A DNA stretch of 63,973 nt, counting the filler, from Perkinsus chesapeaki ATCC PRA-425 (Eukaryota > Protista > Perkinsozoa): assembly GCA_013115145.1 (NCBI GenBank). It is 6 parts of 6 records of this genome, joined end to end, with 100 filler letters (N's around TTAATTAATTAA, not from the genome) between each part and the next. Parts side by side here need not be neighbours in the genome. Positions count along the whole stretch, not along the records: positions 7,847 to 33,002 come from JAAPAO010000532.1; positions 33,103 to 35,758 come from JAAPAO010001549.1; 4 more parts are not named here. One strand, given 5' to 3'. This document shows, one piece after another, positions 21,916 to 35,858 of this stretch (position 1 is the first letter of the stretch; each line of letters begins with the position of its first letter). The translations under genes and the position numbers were made by a program. The notes under the pieces are model-generated. The model was given only the letters and a program-made list of their open reading frames with translations. It had not been told where the DNA came from and searched no databases.

Positions 21916-24422
21916 ACAAGAGTAGCTCCGAGTCATAACTCCTGATACTCGGAAAAAGCAACTCCCAATGTAGGCTGTATGTATTTATCTTTAATGCCTT
22001 GAAGTGATGGTCTATCGAGTATACGCTTCGATTCCTCAGATAAGTTGCATATACCTGGTCATCTGTTTCGGCACTATTGCCTTTCTATTCTCCAAATGCT
22101 CCATGTAAGTTTATAAGATATGAATTGTAACCGTGGCTTTCGTATGGGCCGTGGCATGGTTCTGGCCCTCTTAGTAAGATAGAGATAGATTCCAGTTAAG
22201 AGTTCACAGTTACTTCAAGCAACTTGCTTGCCTTTTTTGTGATAACTTCATATTGTCTATCAGAAATTATTTAACAGGCTTGCATCGGCAGATTTTGAGT
22301 CTACAGTGCACTGGTACACCATCTTTGATCTACGTCTATACTACTACCACGTTACGCCGTTCGTTAGTGGGCACTTGGCAGTATGGTACCAGTCATTTCA
22401 CTACGTAGGCACTTTGCTGGGTTGCGTTACATGTAGTGTTACAAGATTGATTCAATCTCATTGAAATATGCGAGTGCTAGAGCCCCTTTATGGCTTGAGT
22501 GCACTAGTCCCAATTGGCTGTGGTTTCGCATCCTGTATGTCTGTCAAATGAGATTGGGTTTTCCGGTATCAATCTGCTAAGTGAAGCTCACGGTTACGGC
22601 GGTTGCGCTGCAGCATCGCCGATGCTGCCTGAGCTCATGTATGACATCTGTACTAGAGACGCCTAGTCTGATGTCTACCATGCGTTATATAGCTATATCG
22701 TCGGCCTGCAAAGTCCTGGTGACAGCAATTGTGTCGCGACTAGTGTGTGTGAGTTTATAGTCCAACGGCGAAAATTGGCTTAGTTAGACTATCCATTCCA
22801 TGTGCAGCTTCAGAGCGAGAGTTTAATACCTATACTGTTATTGTCACGACTCGTGACAGCATTTCGTCCACCGGAACTCAAAGAATGCTCATTGAGAATC
22901 ACAAGTCGCGAATCATGACTCGTGATGTTGCTCACTTCCGATGCAGCCCGCTGATAGGGTAGACGGTTACGGGAGAGCAACTGTAGTCAAAAATAGCCTT
23001 TCCGAAAGAACTGGGGACGTCCACAACGTTGGTTCCGCTACGGGGGATGTAGACTACATCATGTAGTGTGATACTCGAAGCCTTTGAGTATCCGTGACTC
23101 ATTTAAATCTTAATCTGACACTTAACGATATTTGCTGAATCACCTAAAGTATTGTCATCTGTTCAATATACGCTTTCTCAAACGTTGTGTATCCTCGGAC
23201 CCATCATTTGCTATAAGCCTCTATCTATGTTACTCTATGTGCGAACCATTTCCTGGCGTCACCTGTCTTTGTTCATTGCCGGTGTCCGACATTCGTTATT
23301 GGTTGGCATCTGGTAGTACTCAAGTCAATCCGTCGAAGCATCAGTGATGCTGCATCGCTGGCTCGTGTTGATCGATTTGACCCTCAATTATCGGCTAGGC
23401 CAATTAAATTCGCCTTACAGCATTCTTGCTATTACATTGCCAGATTTGTGTGGAGACTTGCCCCTTCGCTTCTCAAGAATCGTACTACTTTGATAGTAGA
23501 AAACCTGGTATTACATACCCCCCGCAAATGCGTAAAGAATATAAGTTATACGCATCGGGCGTCACCTTCTATTATCATGCTTATCTTCTTTCATGCTAAA
23601 AACGGGCTCACATCATATCCTATATAAACTCTATGGTGATGTATGGCATTATAATAGTACATTGTATTACAACATTGGGGAGTCTAACTATTCTCAACGT
23701 TGCAAGATGTGCACACTGCTATAGCTACACAGTGGACTTACAGTTCGTCTTACTACTTCGATATCATCTGACTACTGATTACTGTTTCACAAATATTGCT
23801 ATCTCAACGCTTCAATGAATGACCGCATATCACTCAGGCCCTGTGTCCCAGGATAGCCTACCCTCGGGTCAGCGAGAAACACGAGGACTCCAATTGGGCA
23901 GTTCCGGCAAGCCATAGACTCCCTACCACGATGCGGTTTTTTTGAGCATCCCTGCTTCACCCTGCATCAGCGAACCGTCAGCCCTTGATCATTGTTCCTT
24001 GCGGTGCGAATGGTTTGGAAGTTCCAAATTGGAAGCACTGGTCTCGCTGAGGACCCCTCAGCGAGGATATATGATGAGTATAAGAGCTCGTGCTTTTCGA
24101 AACGTTTGTGTAAACGAGCGATTCTAGTACGCTAGTGCGGGTAAGTCTCTCTTGGGTAACCCAAGAACCCAAGATGGGTTCATCGCCGATAATGGGCATG
24201 ACTATATGAAAGCAAATCGTATATTTCCCGAAGGAATACATTCGTGTTTCCTTTCGGTTTAATGAAATGTACTGTACCGAAACTTTCATTCTATCTCCTA
24301 TATAAAATACATCCTTATTTCTGAGGGACACTTCTGTGGGACTAGACCCCTCCCTGACTTCGCGTAACGGATCGCTAACAACAGGCCACGCATACTATGC
24401 TGAACCAAAACGGTCACGGTGA

Positions 24423-24444
24423 CATACCTCAGGTATGATACCTG
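24423..24444. repeat. 22-nt zig-zag scar (inferred TSD CATACCTG)
   Basis: C ATACCT C AGGTAT G ATACCT G, perfect. Confidence 0.75.
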
Positions 24445-24879
24445 TTACGGATTTCATGATCAACAGAAGTGTGGTTGGAAAACATTTACTGACACACTTT
24501 CACTGAAGTGTCATCTGAACACCGCGGACACTGACATAAATATGCACCGTGCATAATGCACGAAGGCACAGCCAGTCACTGTAGAGAGTGATCGATGTTG
24601 GGCTTCATGATGGCCCTCTTAAGGGGCTGTCACGGCTCATGAAAAGGCTTCGTAACATAGCACGGTAGGAACCCAGTCGTATAAGCCAACATGACATCTG
24701 GTGTGTTCGCTCCGAATGCCTAGGCCCCAGGCTTCGGTCATAATTGCGCTCACTTGGCCGATCACTTCAACCGTCGCCGCTCCAATTCCACATTCGTAGC
24801 GGAATCATTAACGACGTCATGAATTATTCATAGTTACTATGAATTAAACATTATCATGTTGTTCAGGTGTCTCGTATCG

Positions 24880-25560
24880 TACGAAAATTCGTATGCTTCC
24901 TGCAAGACCTTTGCAGTGTTTGCGTCGATAACGTAGATCCAGCTCACCGAGTTTAGCTTAGTGGAAGTCGTCGCTTGATAAAGGAGAGGCATCGTACCTC
25001 AGGTACGTACAAGTGTTACTTTTATTTAACCTTCACGAGGTAAAAATAGTTCACAATCTAATTCATCGGTTACAGAACGAGCCAGTTTGCCGAAGTGTTT
25101 CGGGTATGCCTTTAGAATCTAGGAGTCAAGAACTTTCTTGTGAGGTCCTACTTCACATTCTACGTCTTAGAAAGGATCTTTTCGACCTCCTTTCTATTCC
25201 AGTCATCGTTTCAATTGAAAAGGTTTATCAGACACACACTCTTCTATTTAATGGGCTCCTCCAGAAAGCCTTTTTGCTCTACCTTTCATCAGCGATCCGT
25301 CTGTCATCGGTAGATGTTTCTTGCGCTTCTGCTGAATTCGTTGAGGAGAGTATACGAGTGAATCTTAGTGATTTCTCAAATCACGTGTTCGCCTGCTGAG
25401 CTGAGTGAGACCAGTCCGCTCGTGCGGTGACATCTTTTTCGGGGTCTTTGCCGAATACTGGCGTAGAGTCATGGAGCAATATCACCCCAGAAGGACTCTT
25501 TAAAAACACATTCGATGTTTTCCTTCGGTCTAAGCTCAAATTCTTCGTGAGGCTCCCATC
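24880..25560 (-). pseudogene. Heavily degraded retroelement-like coding remnant
   Basis: One minus frame gives ILKAYPKHFGKLARSVTDELDCELFLPREG*IKV, reminiscent of the gypsy protease-RT linker. All minus frames carry many stops. Confidence 0.25.
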
Positions 25561-26453
25561 GCATTAAAACACGTTATATCTTCGAGGGGCGTTTCTGTGA
25601 CTCGGAGACTGTGGAACTAGTCCGATTTCATGTACTAGCGAGATAACCCAACACACTTATGAAGGTAGATACGAAACATGGAGGACTTAGCGAGCTAGAC
25701 ACACCATAGATCAACTCGATGCATCATCGTCGCTGCTGCTGCTTCCGCTACTTCTATTATATCCAACACACAAAGTATTGTCGAGCACGTACCTGTCAGA
25801 GTATCGAAGGGCAACACAAGCGGATAAACTGTGTATGTGATACCGAGACATGGTTCTCATACGAATCTGATAGAAAAAACGTAAATGGGGCTCGTTCATA
25901 TAGTCGCATCATATCTATCAGATTGAGTCACTAGCGACACCATCATTAAAGTGAAGAGAACTGGTGGCTTTACCACAACAAACTTACCTCTCTAACTGGA
26001 GCAACAGACCACCTTCGACAGCATCATTCGGGCACACACAGGTCATTAGAGCGGCCAGCAATCGGAGAGATATCTCAGACGAATGATGCTCGCACCATTG
26101 CAAAACCTACAGAGTGCGACAGCCCCAAGATGCATCTTTGACCTCACCTCCGGGCCTTCCCGCATCTTGAACGCTTCAATATAACCCATAACCAGGTCCC
26201 AAGAGTGAATCAGCTCGTCACTGTGTTTACTATTAACATTAGAACCCGGCAATGCAAGAGATGCCGATATGTTACCGAGATATCTGAGATCACCAGTGAG
26301 TCACACGGGAGCACCAGATGTTCCCAGAAGGAATGCGTTCGACGCTTCTTATTGGTCTTGTAACATTTTTGCTAGCTCTGATGCCAAATGCATGGTCGAA
26401 TCAAGAACCTCTTCTGCTCACCGAGTAACACATTTCTATATAGGTAGCTCTAC

Positions 26454-26897
26454 TCACTCGTGAACGCTGTCCGACACTGTAGGTGCCATGGGTCGTATTA
26501 GTCCTGTTATTTCACCGGCTTGCTGCGCCACACGTCGGTACATACAAACACCCAACTGGTGCAAGAGCGAGGCATCTTGGATGTAATTCAAACGGACATC
26601 GGATAAGATACTATCCAACTGAATAGCGATGAGGAAAATAATCGCAGGAGTAGCACTTACTGATGACACCAAAGCATCTGCCTCATCGTTCTGAGATTGA
26701 GAGAATTTCCTCTCTTCTGCCTCCGACGAAGGTGAGCCGGCGGCAGCCCCGAAGTGTCGCAATGCTTGTTGTGTCCATTTAGCCAGCGGTTGATTTACTA
26801 TACTGGCCGAACAATCATCAAGTAAGGCAATGGAGAGCTCTTCTATGACATCACTAGTTGTCGAGATGAAAGCACTTATATACCTAAGCAGTACCAA
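26454..26897 (-). CDS. Hypothetical protein or exon(s)
   Basis: 147-aa open frame with helical, natural-looking composition; no motif recognised. Confidence 0.3.
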   Translation of the reverse strand: MVLLRYISAFISTTSDVIEELSIALLDDCSASIVNQPLAKWTQQALRHFGAAAGSPSSEAEERKFSQSQNDEADALVSSVSATPAIIFLIAIQLDSILSDVRLNYIQDASLLHQLGVCMYRRVAQQAGEITGLIRPMAPTVSDSVHE

Positions 26898-27449
26898 AAT
26901 GGATTAGAAGGCTGTCTCTAGAATAACATCGTAATAGCGAGTACTAGTATGCATAGCTAATCACTAGTTTTCCAATGAATAAGTAATAGTTTGGATTAGA
27001 GAGGGTTCTGGTGAGTCCTGTATTGCGAGCCATAATATAAGCAGCTATTGGCATTGGAACTCGATCATGACCATCGACGGGATTTCATCATTGTTGTGCT
27101 TACCAAAGCTAGACGATGCTCCAAAAGTGGGGAAAAAACGAAATCAAGTTCGCGAGAAAGGTCCACCAAACTGTGCTCATAAGACCGTCGTACCTCTCCT
27201 GTGTCCCATCAAGAGTATCAATGCTATCTAGACGATACCGTAGACATGTTAACAGACCGCTACAGCTCTTAAGTGCAGAGCATCTCTCTCGAAGACCGAA
27301 CCTGTCACACTTCACAGGCCGCCAGATGGGGCTTTCCTTACAGTGAAGAAGCAGACCTCAACTTATGTGTCGGGTGGATTTCGTTGAGTAACAACCTGTT
27401 AAACGACCCGCTGGCTAATATAAGCTGGCGAAGTTTAAAAAACTGACGG

Positions 27450-28250
27450 CTCAGTGTATCTGCATCATTATCGTAATGTACAACGGTTGGTTGTTACGGT
27501 AATGTCGATTTAATATGTATTTATCATGTGCTTCGTAAATGGCATGTCGATCATTGACATCGGGCCTGGATTGATAGCCAACGTTAACTACGTCCTCAAA
27601 TGTTGGATGACGGGCTACAAGGAGACCGAACACCTAAGTGGCAATGGACACAAGTCGGCGAAGACTTCGTACCGTGTGCAGGTATAACTCTAACAACTGG
27701 GTAACACATATAATAATATCAAACTGTGCCTAATGAAGCTAGAGGTGTCAGAAAGTACCGCAGCATGCAGCTTACCGATGGATGGACTACTCCAAGTTGA
27801 AGAAGCTCAACAATTCGATTAGCTGTGGCTTGTGTTAATAATGGCCATCGTGGAGATACCATACTAGATACTCTGAAAATTATATTTCCCTCACCTAGCA
27901 GCATATTACTGGCCTACCCGCTCAAGTCCAAGTTATATATCGCAGCGGTGATAGAAGGCTTTGACAGCGCGTTTTGGCGGCCACGATTCGTCATAGTGCG
28001 CAGAGTTCTTGAGGGAGGTATCAAAGGCTAATCGATCGGTTGTTGTTAAGTTGGCCCTAGGAGCGATAACCTACATCAGACGCCTCGATAGGTTTCCATG
28101 TCTCCTTTTGTGCTAGAGTTAATAACTCTCCGTTCCATATTCTCAGACTGCAATCTCGAATAACAAAGTTGACTATGTTGTCCATGACCTACCAAATGAA
28201 AGCCAATATGAATGTGACCGATGACAATCCTCATGTAGGTTCGATATCAC
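27450..28250 (-). pseudogene. Degenerate retroviral-type integrase, possibly BEL/Pao-like
   Basis: Across shifting frames: LDLSG, WPLLTQATANRIVELL, HAAVLSDTSSF and NNQPL, loosely matching the rve core order. Many stops and frameshifts. Confidence 0.3.
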
Positions 28251-29951
28251 GACCGCCTGGCACTGCAAGACGGAATCCCACATTTCGAGAGCACTGGGTG
28301 CACCCGTTAAAATTCCCATCAAAAATGGATCATTTAAATGTATTACAGATGTTACGGACATATAACAATGAAACTTGCAAGCGCAATCCTTCAAGATGGA
28401 TTCCCCAAATTTCACACGAATGCTTGGCGCTACATTCTTGTCAAGGATTCCTTGAAAACGCTCCGTCGAAATCATTATTTTACAATACAACAATAGTTCA
28501 ATATATCTAGTTACCTACCTTGAAGACTTCTCTTGAGGAACTACTGACATCATTAGTGCACTCACAGAACACTTTAACAAGTCCGCAAATGTCAGATACA
28601 GCTGATATCGACGAACCTGAAAAAAAGAACTTTTTGGGACATCCTATATCGAATGAAGAATAGTATCGCCGAAACGCAATGATTGATGTAGTCTCAAAAA
28701 ACACTGAAATTAGCGGATGTTCCTAAGCTACATGAGAAGCTTACAAAGCATGCCAACAGTGGTTCAAGAAAACCACTTTGCCGAATAGAACGACGTGAAC
28801 CGGTCGGTGATGACAGAATAAGGAAATCAATTTAGGCTCATTTTATTCTCGAAGGTAACCCGGTAGTAATGGAGCTATTCGAAGGCAAGTAAAATCATGG
28901 ATTCGCAGTAATATTGGTGAACGATGCTCTCAGATGAGATACTCCGTATCTGCTAGATTAGTTAATTCAGTGTTGATAGTTCGAATAGGAGGGACACCCT
29001 ACGACTCAATTCCGGGGTTACAGTTTTATATACTTAACAGTTGCTTACTTGCTATATCCAATGACTCCAATAAAATTTGAAGCTGTTTATACATAATCTC
29101 GACAACTAGCTCCCGACGTGCTGTTAACTCCGCTGATAGGTTATTGATGAAGTCCACTACCGAAGGGTCGCATTTCATACCGTATCCTCCCTAAATACTC
29201 TAAAAATTGACATAGTGGCGTCGGTGATGAGGTACCTTAAATTGAGCATGCCATTCTATGAGTCTATCATACCTAGTAATGAGGCTGAGATAGACTTCCA
29301 ACCTGAAATCCACAACTATAAAACCCAACCAACTATATGTATTGTACAGTCTATGAAGGAAGTGTGGTAGCTGCTGGTGATCTAGTAGGTGACACAGATC
29401 ACAGACTGGTAGAGTCTTCCTTCCCTTATAGACAGCTTCATCCATACCGGAGCCACCAAGGTTAGTAGCAGCCAGCAAGCACTGTCTAGCGATTGTCCCT
29501 ACCTACCATATGATTAGATAGAGTAATTGCCATGCTACTCACTAGATTGCAGAAATTACAGCATATATCGGCAGCAGGGTTAATATCTCCCTCATCGCAT
29601 AACACTAGTAGTTGCCAGTATCTGATCCACCCTAAATGCCAATGCGTTGGTCATCCCTACCCGGACAAGGCATCGATATAATCGCTCTGGAATTCTGTGA
29701 TATCATCAACCAAGGCGAGAGGCTTCAATCGTGCTGCTAGGTTGGAACGTATTTCGGCCAGCAATACCGCTGGATGTGCCTAAGATAAGGAGCAAGTTTG
29801 TTTTAACTCAGTCACTGGGAAGCGTGGGATGCTGGTCCGTAAAGAATACACTTGATGGGTCAACATCATACTTCCTATCACACCTCCACAAAGGTACATA
29901 TTCTATATTATATATCTTCGCACTACATGCATTAGGAGAGTTCTTTCTCAT

Positions 29952-31450
29952 CTACTTCTGCACTGGAAGCGCTTTAGGTTCTCTGGATAGCGGATTTCCA
30001 CCGCCTTCAAGCCTGATGGATCCCCGCTTTAATACCCAATTTTTATCCTCCTCATCATCCTCCTTAACCATCCAACACGGCAGTTGTACCCCAGATCTGA
30101 GCAGTCGCTGTAGCTCTAATGCCGCATGTATCGACTCTGCAACTGTAGTCGAGCGTCGATAGGCCGCTAGTGCTCGGGAAAGGCTCATTACTTCTAGTAG
30201 CTGACAGAACGCAAAGGAGATTAGGATAGAAGCGACATGGTCTTTAACAGTAGAAAGTTCCGAAGCCTTACTAAGATATATGGTAATGTAAGCTTTGAAT
30301 ATTAATCTGAATGATAAATAGGTTATAAAGGAAACCGTTAGAAAGTTATAAAACCACGTGCATGATGAATTATATGCTATTATGTGTACTTCCCATATTC
30401 GTGAACTATACCGTGAAGTGAAAACGCTGAAAACTGGTGGGGACAGATAAAGCTTCTGAGTTGGAATATAATTGCCAATTATTACTCTCTTCCTCACTAA
30501 TGCCAATCTATGCCTCCTCCTAGCCAGTACCAGCGCCTTTATAGGCATTAAAACCTTCTCTTCAGTAAGGCTCTGTAAAGCTCTTCTAGAGTTGACCGTT
30601 GATACCAATGCTAGACATACCTATCTCGAGTGATATCGAACCCCATAACAAACATCGACCGTAGGAACGTTTTCACGAATCCAAGGTTATATCGAAAATT
30701 GGAATTCATTTCTGTTAGTGAGATTCATCGGTACCCATCTAAGCCTACCTCCCGAGAGGCCTCCTCTACAATCCTCTCTCCTTTCGACAGCATTTCCCTC
30801 CTATTGTTGAGTTCCTGGGCCAGTTTGTGTTTCAACGACTTCTCCCAGCGTTCACACTGAGTTATACGACTTCTCAATGCATTCATATCGACAATGACAT
30901 CTTCATCAAATGAAAGCATAGTTGCCAACTCTGCCACCAAACATCTGAAAATTTACGTGAAGCCTATTAAGTTAACTGGACTAGGTAGCCTGTAATCACC
31001 GTGAGCCATCGAGTACGACAAAATGCAAGCAGAATTCTTGAAGCATTTCCGACGAAAATTTCGATGACGATGAACCTTCAATGAAAATGCGTGAATCACT
31101 GTGCCACGAAGGTTTCGGTGCTGCCACTGTCGAAATGCCTCACATGCTATCCTAGCTGGCATTCATAAACCGGGTAAATTTTCGGGAAAATTTTCAAGCT
31201 TTTTGGGGATAATGCAAGACATACTCTGACAAGTATATGCATATTTGATCGGTAATGTGAGGCAAGCTCAAACCAGCATAACCATTCTATTACGTACCTT
31301 CTATAACACCATATGTAACCATTGTGCACGGTAGATTGTGATGGTGATTTATGACATGGATCCATAACAGGATCAACAGGTAAGAAATGTTGTGGTAGAT
31401 CGAGGTCTGCTATATATGACGACGATGACATTTCGAAAAACTTTGAATCT
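29952..31450 (-). CDS. Probable multi-exon hypothetical gene (C2-like segment followed by a coiled coil)
   Basis: Phase-consistent junction ...PKPSWHSDSRIFIEG...EFCLHFVVLDGSR|CLVAELATMLSFDEDVIVDMNALRSRITQCERWEKSLKHKLAQELNNRRE. Further candidate exons lie within ORF 29952-30608. Boundaries uncertain. Confidence 0.35.
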
Positions 31451-33002
31451 TTGAAGATGAGATTCCGAGTCAGAAACGTTATAAAGCAAGTGAAGCAAGG
31501 AAACCCCAACATCGGGTTCCCGATTGAGAAACCCGCTTCTAGAACCTATACATAACTCAACGCAAACTTACTATGCCATTGTGAAGAATTGAATTAACTA
31601 ATATCATGATCGATGATGAAGCTTGCTTGCTAAAGTGCATTTTAATCATTGAACTGTTGCCGCTGACAACCTTGACTAGTCAGCGTCGTACGGGACGCTC
31701 TCAAACCTTTGTTGCTGAAATTTGGTTTGTTACTATGAAACTTCTCAATCCAGGTAATGCCAGGCTGGCATCAAATTCGAGACTTCATCACTTGTAAAGC
31801 AGAACAACCCGAATACAGTGTGTAACCAGCGGCTCTCGTCGGAATGATCCTGGCCCTGGGCTCTCACGTAGACCGAATCGAAGCCGTCTGAACGGATGTG
31901 CGTCTACCAGGCTTTGTGTACGTGGAACAAGCAGCCCCTCAAGTTCTCTTAATGCATACCGAAGACCGTAAACTATGATAGTGAGCTGAGGACTTACAAA
32001 CCGAGCTCAAAAATGTTCTCGTAAGGTAACTGTCTGTAACGCTGCGTCTTTTCATACGTTTACTTTGAGCGGTCCACAAAACGTAGTGATCCGTGAACGG
32101 CAACCGTTCAACGGTTCACGTGGTTCGCGTCCAATAAATCTTGGGGGTCCCAAGTTGGGTCACAGACATAATGATGGTACCACGGTTCGCAATGGTACTA
32201 CAAGTTGCCTGATATGTTGCCTAAAACACATGGTCTTAGGCAATATATCACATGTCGCAGGCATGTGGTGTGTGCAGGGCATACCATATGTGCAGAACAT
32301 GCGATGTAACTTGGAGATCATGCTTTGAGACAGGCTACTGAGTCCGTAGTACGGGATGATGGGAGATGGATAAATTCAGATCATCTGAGTCAGATGGCAC
32401 CTCGGTGTGCCTCTATACAAGTAGCCTAGTAACAAGGCCCTGGTCACCGAAAATGTAGTCACAAGCCGCACCTCACAAAGATGAGGGTTGAAGTGCAGTA
32501 TTTAGATTAACATCTAGTGACCACTATAATGCTAGTCACCAAAAATTAGTCGTAGTTTTATCGGAATCGATTTTCTATCGGACTGCCTTCTACATGATAC
32601 TTCAACAACCCTCATTCCAGGGTGATCGCGAAATCACTAATTTCGAGAATTCAAATACACGTGTTATGACACTTGTAAGTGTTTTCCTGCGTCAACCACA
32701 GATGAATCAATTCTGCGTAGCATTTAAACACAAGAAATGTAACACAATGTTGAGCTACCACCTTTCCCGTTTAAATGCACTCACCGCCTTTCGGTCAGCT
32801 AGTGGACTAGTATGCCGTTCCGTTGCCTCCTTCCAACACCACCTTCTCAAACAATTACAGTCACAAGTGCGCCGTGCGACAGGCTGCATCGCTCCGCTAA
32901 CCGGTAAATTTTGTTTCTGGTTTTTTAAATGTAGATGCATGACGTTTGTATATCTGTGATCCTTCGCTTCGCTCATGCGAGCGCGGTTTCATTTCCGTTT
33001 CG

Positions 33003-33102
33003 NNNNNNNNNNNNNNNNNNNNNNNNNNNNNNNNNNNNNNNNNNNNTTAATTAATTAANNNNNNNNNNNNNNNNNNNNNNNNNNNNNNNNNNNNNNNNNN
33101 NN
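33003..33102. other. Artificial contig-joining spacer
   Basis: 44 N + TTAATTAATTAA + 44 N. Confidence 0.97.
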
Positions 33103-33572
33103 GATGACTCCTGAAGGTAGGTGGTGACCCGGCATCGTTGAGTATCTGCAGTCCTGTATAGTCTGCCCAGTCTTCTAAGACTTGACCACGCCGTCTCTGA
33201 TAGGAGCCTCCATCTGGAGGGGTACCCCAGTTATTCCAGGCGTTGCTGTCACAGCATAGTATCACATGGTGACCAGTGATGAAATTGAAGTTGAGTCCCT
33301 CCAGGCAGTCCTCCATCGTGATGCGACCGTCGGAGGGGCAGTAGCCAGAGACTAGTCGGAGGGTTGGATAGCGAGTACCGCAGCAGTCGATGTCTATCGC
33401 CGTCCAGTCGCGACAAGCCTCGAGACCCTTGACGAGTACAATGGAAAATCTTATATTTTTCATTCTCCATCACTTTAGAACTGTAGCCGCATTTGAGTTT
33501 TATCTGGACAACCTGCTGCACTTTTTGCTTAATATTGGCCGGCCAGACACCCGAAGATCCTAATTTATCCAT
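33103..33572 (-). mobile_element. Non-LTR retrotransposon APE-type (EEP) endonuclease domain, cut by the contig edge
   Basis: LVSGYCP, VILCCDSNA (GDFNA-equivalent), WG, RRGQVLEDW..GLQILND...PTF. Confidence 0.88.
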
Positions 33573-33631
33573 TTAAAGGCGGAGAGTTGTAAAGCGAGGG
33601 CCGTAAACGTTGCGAGGATGAGGAGGATCAG

Positions 33632-33658
33632 GAGGACTCTCCGCTGCGGAGAGTCCTC
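33632..33658. repeat. Perfect palindrome, 13-bp arms, 1-nt centre
   Basis: GAGGACTCTCCGC T GCGGAGAGTCCTC, at the junction between the non-LTR and gypsy remnants. Confidence 0.9.
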
Positions 33659-33699
33659 TCGCGAGCATAATATGCTCGCCTATCTGGTACTCAAAGGCT

Positions 33700-34680
33700 T
33701 TAGATACCACAACCTTTTCAGCAAGATCTGCTGCATTCCTACCATGAACATCATGCTCATCCCGGTAAGAAGGCTTTGTATGATTTGGTATCCCGTCATT
33801 GGTGGTTTCCTCGCTTATCTAAAGTGTGCAGCAAATATCAGTGCCTAGCCTGTACCCTCTGCAAATCTTACCAATGGAACTTTGTGATGGAATACTCTTA
33901 CCATCATAAAAAGCCACTTTGTCGACTACCTCAAGCGCAAGGACCCCTATCTTATCTTGCTATCGACTTTACTGGACCCTATGGTGATACTGAATTACCA
34001 TATGCAGTTACCATTTCAGATATGTATACCCGCCTCTTCAGAGTATTTCCAAGTTGGAAATTCCAACAACACACCCTACTACGGCAAGTGTCTGTAAAGC
34101 GCTCGTGCTTATGCACGATAACGACAAGGCCTTCTCTCAACATTTCGCTCAGTGGTGTCTGGAGCGGTCTATTAAGGAAGCTCGCACAGCTGTTTACAGC
34201 CCTGAGTCCAACTCGGCAGCTGAAAGACCCCACCGCACATTTCATGATGGGTTAAGAGCTTGCCTCTATTCGTCAGAGGAAAAAGACTGGGTTCGTCACG
34301 CAGATGCTGTTGTTTATCGTATGAATATTATGAAGAATGCCTCCCGGTAAATCACCATACGAGATGTTGCTCAATACAATTCCCCGTTGCCCTTTCTATG
34401 TCCAACTTAACTGTACAGGTCAATCCCGGCTTTGCTCCAGTGATGACAGTGTCATCATGACACTCTATTTCCTGTTGGTACAGTGGTTGCCAGAAGGGTG
34501 GAGGTTCCACCCTTCTGGCAACCACTGTGGAACAACCTTCCAAATTGCAGCCCCGTTATGAAGGCTGTTACGAAGTGTTAGCTGAAGTCCGACCTGGTAC
34601 CTTCCAGAACGGGAAGCTAGGCTCAACTCCCCCCCAATTGAAGTAAAGCAAGATCGACTCAAAGCGTACCCTATCTCTCC
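33700..34680 (+). pseudogene. Ty3/gypsy integrase pseudogene
   Basis: Zinc finger ..WWFPRLSKV..CTLC; LAIDFTGP; MHDNDKAF; SNSAAERPHR; SPYEML; LQPRYEGCYEV (GPY/F module). Split by frameshifts and stops. Confidence 0.88.
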
Positions 34681-35293
34681 TGTTATCCAGCATTTCTGAT
34701 TACCCTTTGCTTGGGAGGAGTCCCCAGAGCTCCCTATCAGTGTACATTGCGCCGACGCCCATAGCTTGATAGATTATAGCACGGTCAAGCTGTTATAGCA
34801 GATGTATAAGAGCAGCATTAGTATTTGCCCCTTGTCGCGTTACTAGTATGGACGGATCCCCAACACACATATGGCTCGGACCCAGTGGCACTGGGTCAGT
34901 GGCCGTATTCATGGCCGTCAGTTATTTTTGTGGCCGTCAGTTACGTATCTGTCCTGAAATTCGAGTCGTCACTAATGATTTATTACACACGCTGCGGTGT
35001 TTGATAATACTAATGTATCTACTGTGTGCAATATGCAGTCGGGAGGAAGGCCGGCACCATCGTATGTAAGAGACTCTTACTAAGATCCTTGAGGTAAGGC
35101 GTAACATAGTGCCCATGCCAATCATTTCTTGCCAATAAGTCACTAATTGCCTTACTTTTTAGCATTCTCAATATCGTCTGCTATACCATATACATAGTAT
35201 TAGAGTCTATAACGTGCTGTGTATTCAATGGCTCCGTAGTGAAACAATTTTGCACAATTTATCATGTCGGCAATCGCTCAGATTCATACCCCC

Positions 35294-35315
35294 CCCCTGT
35301 GACAGGGGCCCTGTC
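35294..35315. repeat. 22-nt zig-zag scar (inferred TSD CCCCTGTC)
   Basis: C CCCTGT G ACAGGG G CCCTGT C, perfect. Confidence 0.75.
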
Positions 35316-35758
35316 AAGAGCTCACGGTGGGCGACTCACCCTAGCATATGGTGCTTATTCGGTATGTAAGGAGCCAGGAGGGGGCTCCAGAAGCTACCCT
35401 TGACTGGAACAACCCTTCATCTTATTTTTGCTGCGCAGTGGCGCACAATGTAGACAGCCATTCGATGTCACCAACAGAAGTTGCACCTACACATGGCCAA
35501 CTTCGCAAACTCGGATCTCTCCAATTAGAGCACTGATTGCTACCAAACCTTCACCAGTTAATGTATAGCTATAGGGCACATCGGTCTGTTCAAAAGGCAA
35601 CCGATTTCAATGGCTCAGAGCGATTTTGCTTTTTCATTTTGCCCTTATACGGCGAGCAGGTCGGCCCCTGCAACATGAAATTTTGGGGTAATTCCTTTTT
35701 TCCAGGTCAATGGGTTGTACTACAGGGCGGCAATCTCGCCTGCCCGAGCGGTTTCAGA

Positions 35759-35858
35759 NNNNNNNNNNNNNNNNNNNNNNNNNNNNNNNNNNNNNNNNNN
35801 NNTTAATTAATTAANNNNNNNNNNNNNNNNNNNNNNNNNNNNNNNNNNNNNNNNNNNN
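35759..35858. other. Artificial contig-joining spacer
   Basis: 44 N + TTAATTAATTAA + 44 N. Confidence 0.97.

Noticed and set aside
25013-25560. Stop-codon reassignment (UGA=Trp, UAR=Gln) suggested by protein-like minus-strand frames full of stops, and by TGA at the BED-finger Trp (9441)
   Set aside because: The well-supported genes (MFS, HMG, Lys-rich gene, integrase) end at ordinary TAA/TAG/TGA and have no internal stops. The stop-rich frames also shift frame, which fits pseudogene decay.
29200-30608. BEL/Pao reverse transcriptase
   Set aside because: No convincing YxDD or DLxKAF motif in any frame; the 29952-30608 ORF is better explained as exons plus retained introns of a cellular gene.
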